Shown one piece after another: positions 26,456 to 34,782 of a DNA stretch of 42,580 bases. The stretch is from contig JBFJXA010000002.1 of the NCBI GenBank assembly GCA_041623375.1, positions 1 to 42,580 of the forward strand, in the 5' to 3' direction. Position 1 is the stretch's first letter, and every line of letters begins with the position of its first letter. Below the pieces are notes generated by a model. That model was not told the DNA's origin and searched no databases. It worked only from the letters and a program-made list of their open reading frames with translations. The DNA is from Gammaproteobacteria bacterium. GTDB taxonomy: Bacteria; Pseudomonadota; Gammaproteobacteria; Steroidobacterales; Rariloculaceae. The position numbers and the translations under genes are program-made.

Positions 26456-28759
26456 CTATTCGAAACGCCGATAGCCAAGAATACCACGATCGAGCAGCAT
26501 CTCCGGCGGGTCGCCGGCGTCGCTGAAGCCCTTGAGCTGAAGCTGGATGGAGATGGAGCTGTCCGATTCCCCGTTGCGCCGGCTGATGTAGCGGCGCCCG
26601 ATGACCCGCAGCCGCCAGCAGCAGGCCTCGTACTCCCAGCCGAGAAATCGGTCCAGCGGCTCCTCGTCCAGGAACGAGAAGCTGTAGCGGCCGATGATCC
26701 GCCATCGTGGTCCCAGCGGCCACACGAGAGAGATGTCTCCCTGCTCGAGCAGCCCTTCGCGCCGCCGGTACGAGAAGCCCGCGAGGCGGCCGGGCTCGGG
26801 CGCGTATTGCACGCTCATCTCGGTGCGCTCCGTGTCATCAGTCCGGGTGTTCCACTGGTAGTCGAGGCGCAGCCGCCATGCGTCGGAGACGTTGGCTTCG
26901 ATCTCGGTAATGTAGTCCGAGGCGTCGGCGGTCACTGGTATCGTGCCTGGCAGGTTTACGGACTGTGCACTGAGGTAGCGTGTCTGGCCGAGTGTCGCAG
27001 CGAGCTTCTGCTCACCCGTATTCGCGTCGATGAAGCGTGTCGTCATTCCAAGGCTGACCTGATCGGAGTCGGCGATGCGATCCGGGCCGACGTATTGGTA
27101 CTTGCGGAACAGCTGCACGAGATTGAAGTTCGGCTCGAGCGTGTCGAAGACGGGCAACGCGGTTTGATCCTCGAACGGCACGCGCACGTACAACATACGC
27201 GGCTCGAAGGTTTGGATGTGGCTGGCGTTGCGACCTGCCTCGCGCTCGAATATCAATCCGGCGTCGATGCTGCTGACAGGCAGCGTGCGCGTATGACGTT
27301 TCTCCTGGCCGGCGCCGACATTACCGAGCCAGTAATCGGTGTGTCTGATTGCGACAGCGGGTCTCAAGTACATGCCGGGCCGGTCGAGTGACAGGCCGAG
27401 CTCTTCGGTCGCATCGAGGCGCCAGCCCGTGACGCCGACGTTACGGTCGAACAGCACGAGCTCGTTCGTCGATTCGAACGTGAAGACGTCACCGGCCCAG
27501 CGGCCGTCGATCACGAGCTGGGGGACACGCTCGTACGGCCGATCCTCATCGACGATCGACATGTCGATCGTCTGGTAGCCCTGCAGGCGCAGCAGCATCG
27601 ACCAGTAAGGCGCGCGATAGTTGAGGTCGACGAAACGATTCAGGTGGGTCTGGCTCGCGAGGTTTTGGTTAATGCCGATGTCCTCGAAATAGCCGGGGTC
27701 GGAGATCTCCTCCAGGTTCGTTAGCAGGCGCCATCGATCGGCGAAAAATGTCCGGTGTTGAACCGCGAAGCGGTAACGTTCGAGATCGGCCTCCCGATCG
27801 TTGTTGAGGTAGTCGAGCTCGAGCTGCCCTTCGCTGCTCGGCGAGAGGTAGCGAAACACCGTGTTGAGCTGTAAGCCGCGTAAGGACATATAACGCGGCT
27901 CGAGCGTCAGGTCATAGTTCGGCGCGAGGTTGAAATAGTATGGCGTTGTGATGTCGAGGCCGACGCGGTCTCTCTGGGAGAACTGGGGAGTCAGAAAACC
28001 GCTCTTGCGCCGGTCGTCGATCGGGAACGTCAACCACGGCGCGTAGAGAATCGGTACGCCCTTGAACTCGAGCTTGACGCCGCGGGCCGTGCCGAAGCCC
28101 TCGTCGATGTCGAGCGCCATTCCATCGGCCGTCAGCTCCCAGTCGGTGTTGTCCATCGGGCAGGTCGTGAAGCGCAATCCCGATAGCGTCAGAACGTCCT
28201 CGCTCGTAATGCTGATCGCCTCGGTCGAGCCCCGCGCAGGTCGCCGCGGTAGATCGAAGCCCGCGTTGACGAAGTACACCTCTTCGTCTTCGGTATTGAC
28301 CTCGGCATTCTGGCCGTAGACCGTGACGTCCGGATCTTGGTAGGTTACGGTCCCCTGAATTCGGGCGCGCCCGGTTTCCTGGTCGTAGGTTGCGCCGTCT
28401 GCCGTGATGCTTCTCTCGCCATAGCGGAACTCGACCGGACCGAAAAAGTCTACGCCGTCCTCTCGCGAGAGATCGATCTGGCCGGTGATAATTTCGAGAC
28501 GCTCGGGCTCGTCCGGATTCGTATCGCGATCGTCCCCGGGGGCCGTGGCGGTAAACGGTGCAGGTGACAGGCAGATGAGCTCGGCTGCCCATGCGAGGCT
28601 CGGCATGGACGCGAGCAGAAAACCGAGGGTGCGAAGGATGCTCGAACGAACCACGAGGTTGGGCTGAGGTAAACGCCTACAATGGCACACTTGCGAAACC
28701 GCTTCAATAAACAGAATGTGCCGCACTCTGGACCGCATGCGGCGGATCGTTCCCGTCAC
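26456..28759 (-). CDS. lptD: LPS-assembly outer-membrane protein LptD
   Basis: The N-terminal OstA-like domain and beta-barrel carry FPIDDRRKSGFLTP, YFNLAPNYD and a C-terminal CCW motif. The start is uncertain: GTG at 28759, ATG at 28738, or GTG at 28654, which would give the signal peptide VVRSSILRTLGFLLASMPSLAWA. Confidence 0.88.
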   Translation of the reverse strand: MTGTIRRMRSRVRHILFIEAVSQVCHCRRLPQPNLVVRSSILRTLGFLLASMPSLAWAAELICLSPAPFTATAPGDDRDTNPDEPERLEIITGQIDLSREDGVDFFGPVEFRYGERSITADGATYDQETGRARIQGTVTYQDPDVTVYGQNAEVNTEDEEVYFVNAGFDLPRRPARGSTEAISITSEDVLTLSGLRFTTCPMDNTDWELTADGMALDIDEGFGTARGVKLEFKGVPILYAPWLTFPIDDRRKSGFLTPQFSQRDRVGLDITTPYYFNLAPNYDLTLEPRYMSLRGLQLNTVFRYLSPSSEGQLELDYLNNDREADLERYRFAVQHRTFFADRWRLLTNLEEISDPGYFEDIGINQNLASQTHLNRFVDLNYRAPYWSMLLRLQGYQTIDMSIVDEDRPYERVPQLVIDGRWAGDVFTFESTNELVLFDRNVGVTGWRLDATEELGLSLDRPGMYLRPAVAIRHTDYWLGNVGAGQEKRHTRTLPVSSIDAGLIFEREAGRNASHIQTFEPRMLYVRVPFEDQTALPVFDTLEPNFNLVQLFRKYQYVGPDRIADSDQVSLGMTTRFIDANTGEQKLAATLGQTRYLSAQSVNLPGTIPVTADASDYITEIEANVSDAWRLRLDYQWNTRTDDTERTEMSVQYAPEPGRLAGFSYRRREGLLEQGDISLVWPLGPRWRIIGRYSFSFLDEEPLDRFLGWEYEACCWRLRVIGRRYISRRNGESDSSISIQLQLKGFSDAGDPPEMLLDRGILGYRRFE

Positions 28760-28779
28760 AGATCGCCGGTGGGCATCAC

Positions 28780-29448
28780 GTGAAGGCGATGCTGTTGGCC
28801 GCCGGTCGCGGCGAGCGCATGGGCGATCTGGCGCGTGACGAGCCGAAGCCTCTGCTCGCTGTCGGCGGCGAACGTCTGATCGAGCGCCAGCTCAGATTGC
28901 TGGCAAACGCGGGCTTCGAGGAGATCGTCATCAATTTGTCCTATCGCGGCGGCGCGATTCGCGAGTGTCTCGGCGCGGCATCGCGATGGGGCCAATCGAT
29001 CGTTTACAGCGACGAAGGCAAGCCCGCGCTGGAGACGGGCGGCGGTATCATCGCGGCGCTGCCGCTGCTCGGCGATGCGCAATTCGCCGTTGTGAACGCC
29101 GACATCTTCACGGACTTCGATTACGCCGAGCTTCGCCGGACGCAAGCCGAGGCCCTGCTCGTGCTCGTACCGAATCCGGCGCATCATCCCGAAGGCGACT
29201 TCGGGCTCTCGGGCTCCGGCATCGTCACGCTCGAGCCGCCGCTCAAGACTTTCGCGGGAATATCCTTGTTGAGCCCGGCGCTGTTTCGTGACTTCGAGCC
29301 CGGGCGGCAGCGCCTGCGGCCGATTCTGGAGTCGGCGATCGCGCAACGCCGAGCTCGCGGAGTGTGCTACGCGGGCGTTTGGCACGACATCGGTACACCC
29401 GAGCGTCTCGCCGAAGCACGGCAGCTGGCGGATACGCTCGGATGCTGA
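28780..29448 (+). CDS. murU: N-acetylmuramate alpha-1-phosphate uridylyltransferase (MurU-type nucleotidyltransferase)
   Basis: MKAMLLAAGRGERM..., EIVINLSY, LETGGGI and WHDIGTPERL support the call. It is divergent from lptD, as in Pseudomonas. The start codon is GTG. Confidence 0.75.
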   Translation: MKAMLLAAGRGERMGDLARDEPKPLLAVGGERLIERQLRLLANAGFEEIVINLSYRGGAIRECLGAASRWGQSIVYSDEGKPALETGGGIIAALPLLGDAQFAVVNADIFTDFDYAELRRTQAEALLVLVPNPAHHPEGDFGLSGSGIVTLEPPLKTFAGISLLSPALFRDFEPGRQRLRPILESAIAQRRARGVCYAGVWHDIGTPERLAEARQLADTLGC

Positions 29449-30656
29449 TACGGGTTCTGCGCCAGCGCAACTTTGCCATTTATCTGACCGGTAGCGCGTT
29501 CTCGCTGCACGGACTGTGGATTCAGCGCGTTGCGATCGGTTGGCTCGCCTGGGAGCTGACGGAATCGGAGGCGTGGCTCGGTCTGCTCGCGTTGGCGGAG
29601 CTGCTCCCGGTCGTCTTGCTCGGCCCGCTTTTCGGCGTTTGGGCGGACCGGCTGGATCGCAAGACGGTCGCGTTTATCACCAACGGCATCAACATCGTTC
29701 TCTCCACTCTGCTCTGCGTGCTCACGGGTCTGGCGCTCATCGACATCTATACGCTCTGGGTCATCACGGCGCTGCTCGGCTGCGTCAGCAGCGCGTTTCA
29801 GCCGGTGCGGTTGTCGCTGATACCGAGTCTCGTCTCGCGAGAGCTGTTGTCGGAAGCTGTCGCGGCCCAGTCGATCGTCTTCAACATCTCGAGATTTCTC
29901 GGCCCGGCAATCGCCGGCGTGACGATCGCAGCGTTCGGTCTCTGGGCCGCATTCGCGATCAATGCCGTGTCCTACTTTGCGATGATCGCCGCGTTGTTGC
30001 TCGTCGAGCTGCGCAGCAGGGGCGAGCGCCGCGCGCGGCGACGCTTTCTTACCGAGTTCAAGGAAGGATTCGCCTACACGTACACCCATCCAGAGATCAG
30101 CTGGCAGCTTGTCGTCGTCGCGATCTCAGCGTTGACGGGCCGCGCCGCGATCGTGATGTTGCCGGCGTTTGCCGGCGACATCTTCGCCGGCGGTAGCGCC
30201 GTGCTCGCAACCTTGACGTCGGTCGCCGGCGGCGGTGCCGTTCTCGCCGGCGTCGTACTGACGCGGCTCGGTGCGGGCCGCGGTCTCAAGCGCGCGACCG
30301 TGCACGGCACGATCGTCACGGGCCTGCTCATGGTCGTGCTCGGATGGACCGACAGTTTCGTCACAGGAATCGTCGTTCTCGCTGCGCTGGGTTTTTGCCT
30401 GACGCTCGTCGGCATCGGCTCGCAGACGCTGATTCAGACTGCCGTCGCCGAGGACATGCGCTCTCGCGTGTTGAGCCTCTGGGCGGCGGTGGCGTTCTCG
30501 GCGCCGGCGCTCGGCGGGCTGCTGATCGGTATCGCGGCACAGACCTGGGGCCTCGGCATGACGACAGTGGTTGCCGGGTTTCTCTGCGTCTTACCCGCCG
30601 TCGTCATGGTCGTACGTATGGCGAGCCCCGAGCGGCGTTCGCGCTCTAGTGCGTAA
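29442..30656 (+). CDS. MFS transporter (EntS/DUF894-like, about 12 TM)
   Basis: The sequence is MLIRVLRQRNFAIYLTGSAFSLHGLWIQRVAIGWLAWELT...GVWADRLDRK. The start is at the internal ATG at 29442, overlapping the murU stop by 7 nt. Confidence 0.8.
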   Translation: MLIRVLRQRNFAIYLTGSAFSLHGLWIQRVAIGWLAWELTESEAWLGLLALAELLPVVLLGPLFGVWADRLDRKTVAFITNGINIVLSTLLCVLTGLALIDIYTLWVITALLGCVSSAFQPVRLSLIPSLVSRELLSEAVAAQSIVFNISRFLGPAIAGVTIAAFGLWAAFAINAVSYFAMIAALLLVELRSRGERRARRRFLTEFKEGFAYTYTHPEISWQLVVVAISALTGRAAIVMLPAFAGDIFAGGSAVLATLTSVAGGGAVLAGVVLTRLGAGRGLKRATVHGTIVTGLLMVVLGWTDSFVTGIVVLAALGFCLTLVGIGSQTLIQTAVAEDMRSRVLSLWAAVAFSAPALGGLLIGIAAQTWGLGMTTVVAGFLCVLPAVVMVVRMASPERRSRSSA

Positions 30657-31461
30657 ACGCGTAGATGACGTAGTTGACGGCGAAGCGGTATGCGAGCGCC
30701 GTCATCGGCTCTGGATACCCGGGATCGTCAGCGTGCTCCCAGGCGTCGCCGAGATCCATGTTGTGATTAATCGCCACGAGCAGGCGTCCGTCGTCGTCGT
30801 AGACGCCGCGCCAGTGGGGCGTCTTGCCGTCTTCGCCGCGTTCCCACGTCCGGCCTCTCCATAGCGCGGCGACACCCGGAATCTGGATGCGTTGATCGAG
30901 GTCGTAGAGCACGTGCAGGACCTCGTCATCGTCGGGAATGTCGAGGATCGGCCGGTCCGGAAACACACGCCGCATCGACTCGACGAAGCCGGTCCACTCG
31001 GCGTCCCCGTGGAAGTCATCGAGCATGAGGAAGCCGCCCCGTAAGAGATACTCCCTGAGCCGCGCTGCCTCATAGTCGTCTAGAGCCCAGTTGCCGACCT
31101 CGACGGCGTAGAGCCAGGGGTAGTCGTAGATCGCATCGTCGAGCAGGCTGATTTGGCGGCCGCCTTCGCCGCCCGGGCTCACGATGGCGCCGTCGACGCG
31201 CGTGAGCCGTGTCACGCCTTGCATGAAGTGATACTCGGCCTGCCACCAATCCGTGCAGGCGGCGCCGCCGCCGCGACGGCCCCAGCCGCGCCCCCAGCCG
31301 CCGCTGCCACAGGCGGGTGTACCGTTATATAAGAGGCGTACGAAGTGGAACTCGGCGTCCGGCGGGCCGACGACGCCTACGGGTGCCTGGGCCCACGGTG
31401 TTGCCGAGCCGAGCAACATGCTCCCGGCGGTAAGCAGCGAAAGTAACAGGCGGGTATTCAT
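30646..31461 (-). CDS. Secreted DUF4159-like protein (partner of MoxR/VWA Bat-like loci)
   Basis: It has a signal peptide, then FHFVRLLY...GGWGRGW...WW, then YPWLYAVEVGNWALDDYEAARLREYLLRGGFLMLDDFHG and a C-terminal AYRFAVNYVIYAFTH. This matches my recollection of DUF4159, but no HMM was run. Confidence 0.65.
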   Translation of the reverse strand: MNTRLLLSLLTAGSMLLGSATPWAQAPVGVVGPPDAEFHFVRLLYNGTPACGSGGWGRGWGRRGGGAACTDWWQAEYHFMQGVTRLTRVDGAIVSPGGEGGRQISLLDDAIYDYPWLYAVEVGNWALDDYEAARLREYLLRGGFLMLDDFHGDAEWTGFVESMRRVFPDRPILDIPDDDEVLHVLYDLDQRIQIPGVAALWRGRTWERGEDGKTPHWRGVYDDDGRLLVAINHNMDLGDAWEHADDPGYPEPMTALAYRFAVNYVIYAFTH

Positions 31462-31645
31462 CGCAGTCGGTCCGGATAGAAACGACCGGTATGCGGCTGG
31501 CCGGCGCCGGTCGTTGCCCTTGGTTCGACCATGATACCATCCCGATGATCGGTGGCCCCGTCGGGGCGGCCCGTCGTGTGGGAGGCACTTCTCTTGCGCG
31601 CCGCGGTGAGAGCTTGGGGCGCTTTGAGTTCGCAGGTCGGCTGCA

Positions 31646-33889
31646 TTGTTCGAATTCTTCTTTAACTACTCACGTACGACGTTCGCCAACGGAACGTTGT
31701 TTTTCGCCAGCGGCTGGCCCGTGTGGCTGCTCGTCGCGCTGTGCGTCGTCGTTACCGTGGCGCTGGGTTTCACTCTCGCGCAGCGCCGCGAGTCGCTCGG
31801 CATCGTAAAGCTCGCCGTGCTGGCGCTGTTGCAAGGCGCAATGCTCAGCGTGTTATTGGTCTTGCTGTGGCAGCCCGCGCTATCTACCGAGCAACTGCGC
31901 GCGCGCGACAACGCCGTCGCCGTCGTCATGGATACCTCGGCGAGCATGAGTTACGGGGAAGGCGAACAATCGCGTCTGCAGCAAGCCGTTACCGCGCTCG
32001 AAGAGGACGTCCTCGGCGAGCTCGACGCATCGCTGGGTGTGCGTCTTTATGCGTTCGCGGAAACCTCACTCGCGATCGAGTCGCTCGAGGATGTCCCGGC
32101 ACCGGGGGCCAAGACCGACATCGGTGAGGCGTTACTCGGCGTACTGCGCGAAGCCGGCTCGTCGGCGCTCAGCGCCGTCATACTCGTGACCGACGGCGCC
32201 GACAATTCCGAGCAACTCGGCTCGGAACGACTCGCCGAGATAGCGGGCTTCGGTGTGCCGATACACACGGTCGGCGTGGGCCGAGAGGTCATTGACGACG
32301 ACGTCGAGCTTGCCGGCGTGCGCCTTCCGACGGACGTTCTGCCGGGCTCGCGGCTCAACGCGCAGGTCAGCGTGCGCCACGGCGGGGGCGGTGAGGCACA
32401 GCTCAAGGTTTACGATGGCGACGCGATTCTCGCCGCCGAGACGCTACGGTTGCCCGACGGCGGCGGCGTGACGACGCATTGGGTCGACTTCGACGTCGGC
32501 GCAGCCGGCGTGAAGGACCTGCGTTTCACGCTCGATCCGATGCCCGGCGAGCCAAACGTCGTCAATAATGCGCAATACCGCGTGATCGACATCCCCGAGG
32601 CCCGCCGCGGCATTCTCTACCTCGAAGGCGAGCCGCGATGGGAGTACAAGTTCATCCGGCGCTCACTCGACGACGAGTCGCCGATCCGACTCGCGAGCTT
32701 GCTGCGAACGACGCCGAATAAGTTTTATCGCCAGGGCCTCAACGAAGCGACCGAGCTCGAAGACGGATTGCCGGCCGATCGCGAGGCGCTGTTCGGCTAC
32801 AGCGCGCTCGTGATCGGAAGCTTCGAAGCTGCCGCGTTCACACCCGAGCAACAGCAAGACATTCGTGATTTCGTCAGCGAGCGCGGCGGCAGCTTGCTCA
32901 TGCTCGGTGGTTTGCGCGGTCTCGGTGACGGCGGCTGGGGCAATAGTGTCGTCGCCGAGCTCCTACCGACGCAGCTTCCGCCAGTCGAGGCGCAGAGCTT
33001 TTATCGCGGGCGCGCCAAGGTGCGCTTGACCGAAGCCGGTCGGGAGTCCCTGATCACGCAGTTCGACGCCGATCCGCAAACGAACGCCGAGCTCTGGGAG
33101 GAGCTCCCGGAGATCGCTGACTTTCAGTATCTGGCCGAGCTCAAGCCCGGTGCCGTGACTCTGCTCGAGGCCGATATCCAGGGCACGGCGCATCCGTTGC
33201 TCGTGCATCAGCGTTACGGGCTCGGCAATGTCTACGTGCTCGCCACGGGCGGAACCTGGCGCTGGCAAATGCAGCTGCCGTCGGAGGACATGCGCCACGA
33301 GACGTTCTGGCGGCAGCTTCTGCAGTCACTCGTCGCCGGTGTGCCGGCACCCGTGCGATTGCGGGCCGACCGCTTCTATTACGGTGACTCGACCGAAGTG
33401 GAGTTACGCGCCGAGGTTCGCAACGAGCGGTTCGAGAGCGTCGCCAACGCCGACGTTACGCTGATGATGTCGACGGCCGGGACAGAGCCCGTCGAGATCG
33501 ACATGCGTCCGGTCCCCGGTGAGCCCGGTATTTACTCAGCGACGGTGCAGGCCGAAGCGACGGGCATCTACGAGTTCGAGGTCGAGGCCAACTTTGATGA
33601 CGAATCCCTCGGTACGGCGGCCTTTGCGGTACGACGCGAGGACGGCGTCGCTGAGCATTTTGCGATTCAGCAAAATCGGCCCTTGCTCGAACGCGTCTCG
33701 CAGCTCACCGGCGGGCAGTATTTCACGCTCGACGATCTTGCGGACTTACCCGAGGCGATCCGCTTTTCGCAGGCCGGCATCGTCGAAACGCAGGTGCTGC
33801 CGCTCTGGAGCATGCCGATCAATTTTCTGCTGCTGATTCTGCTCAAAGCCGGCGAATGGCTGCTGCGGCTTTACTGGGGACGCTTATGA
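31646..33889 (+). CDS. Membrane-anchored VWA protein with GATase1-like domain (747 aa)
   Basis: It has N-terminal TM segments and a VWA domain with the MIDAS motif VVMDTSASMS...TDGADN. A later segment, ILYLEGEPRWEYKFIRR...ALVIGSF...RGGSLLMLGG, resembles the class-I amidotransferase-like fold. It has a C-terminal TM segment. The start codon is TTG. Confidence 0.7.
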   Translation: MFEFFFNYSRTTFANGTLFFASGWPVWLLVALCVVVTVALGFTLAQRRESLGIVKLAVLALLQGAMLSVLLVLLWQPALSTEQLRARDNAVAVVMDTSASMSYGEGEQSRLQQAVTALEEDVLGELDASLGVRLYAFAETSLAIESLEDVPAPGAKTDIGEALLGVLREAGSSALSAVILVTDGADNSEQLGSERLAEIAGFGVPIHTVGVGREVIDDDVELAGVRLPTDVLPGSRLNAQVSVRHGGGGEAQLKVYDGDAILAAETLRLPDGGGVTTHWVDFDVGAAGVKDLRFTLDPMPGEPNVVNNAQYRVIDIPEARRGILYLEGEPRWEYKFIRRSLDDESPIRLASLLRTTPNKFYRQGLNEATELEDGLPADREALFGYSALVIGSFEAAAFTPEQQQDIRDFVSERGGSLLMLGGLRGLGDGGWGNSVVAELLPTQLPPVEAQSFYRGRAKVRLTEAGRESLITQFDADPQTNAELWEELPEIADFQYLAELKPGAVTLLEADIQGTAHPLLVHQRYGLGNVYVLATGGTWRWQMQLPSEDMRHETFWRQLLQSLVAGVPAPVRLRADRFYYGDSTEVELRAEVRNERFESVANADVTLMMSTAGTEPVEIDMRPVPGEPGIYSATVQAEATGIYEFEVEANFDDESLGTAAFAVRREDGVAEHFAIQQNRPLLERVSQLTGGQYFTLDDLADLPEAIRFSQAGIVETQVLPLWSMPINFLLLILLKAGEWLLRLYWGRL

Positions 33890-34782
33890 GATGCGCTACA
33901 GCGATCCTGGCGATCGGGTTGTTGGCCGCCACACCGGCCGGTGCCGAGACGCATTATTTAATCGTCGGTGGTCTCGGCGGAGAGCCGCGTTATGCGGAGA
34001 GTTTCGCGCAGCAGGCGCTGTCGCTGGCGCAGTCGGCGCAGCGCACGCTCAACGGCGACGAGCGTGTTACGTTGCTGCGCGGTGAAGAGGCGACACGGGA
34101 TGCAGTGACCGGTGCTCTCGAACGGCTTGCTGCGACGGTCGCCGAGGACGACACGATTGCGATCTTCCTGATCGGTCACGGCAGCTTCGACGGTGAGCAA
34201 TACAAGCTCAACCTGCCGGGCCCGGATCTGGATGGCGACACGCTCGCCGAGCTATTTGCAGCGCTTCCCGCGAGGCAGCAGGTCATCGTGAACATGACGA
34301 GCGCCAGCGGTGCCGTGCTCGACGCTTGGGCGGCGGACGGGCGCACGCTGATTACGGCAACGAAGAGCGGCGGAGAGCGCAACGCGACGCGCTTTGCAGA
34401 GCAATGGGCCCTCGCGCTCGCGAGCGAGGAAGCCGATGCCAACAGGAACGGTGCGATTACGGTCCAGGAAGCCTACGATTTTGCAACGCGTAAGGTCGCC
34501 GATAGCTTCGAGGGTGCCGGTCTGCTCGCGACCGAGCATTCGGAGGTCGCCGGCGAATCGGCGCTGGGCTTCAACATTGCGCTGCTTTCCGCGCGCATCG
34601 CCACGACGGAGCAGCTGCGTAATCTCATCGAGCAGCTCGAGGTGCTCGAGGGTCAGATCGATACGCTGCGCGGACGCCGCGACGAGATGGACAACGACGT
34701 ATATCTAGAAGAGTTGCAGGGATTGTTGTTGGAGCTCGCGCTCGTGCAGCGAGAGATCGACGAAGCGCGTGCCGATGAATAG
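33886..34782 (+). CDS. Secreted clan-CD (legumain/caspase-fold)-like protein with C-terminal coiled coil
   Basis: The signal peptide is MRCATAILAIGLLAATPAGA. It carries a His-Gly dyad (IAIFLIGHGSF) and VIVNMTSASGA where legumain-type enzymes have xEACxSG. The C-terminal heptad region is QLRNLIEQLEVLEGQIDTLRGRRDEM. The start makes an ATGA overlap with the upstream gene; ATG at 33856 is an alternative start. Confidence 0.5.
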   Translation: MRCATAILAIGLLAATPAGAETHYLIVGGLGGEPRYAESFAQQALSLAQSAQRTLNGDERVTLLRGEEATRDAVTGALERLAATVAEDDTIAIFLIGHGSFDGEQYKLNLPGPDLDGDTLAELFAALPARQQVIVNMTSASGAVLDAWAADGRTLITATKSGGERNATRFAEQWALALASEEADANRNGAITVQEAYDFATRKVADSFEGAGLLATEHSEVAGESALGFNIALLSARIATTEQLRNLIEQLEVLEGQIDTLRGRRDEMDNDVYLEELQGLLLELALVQREIDEARADE

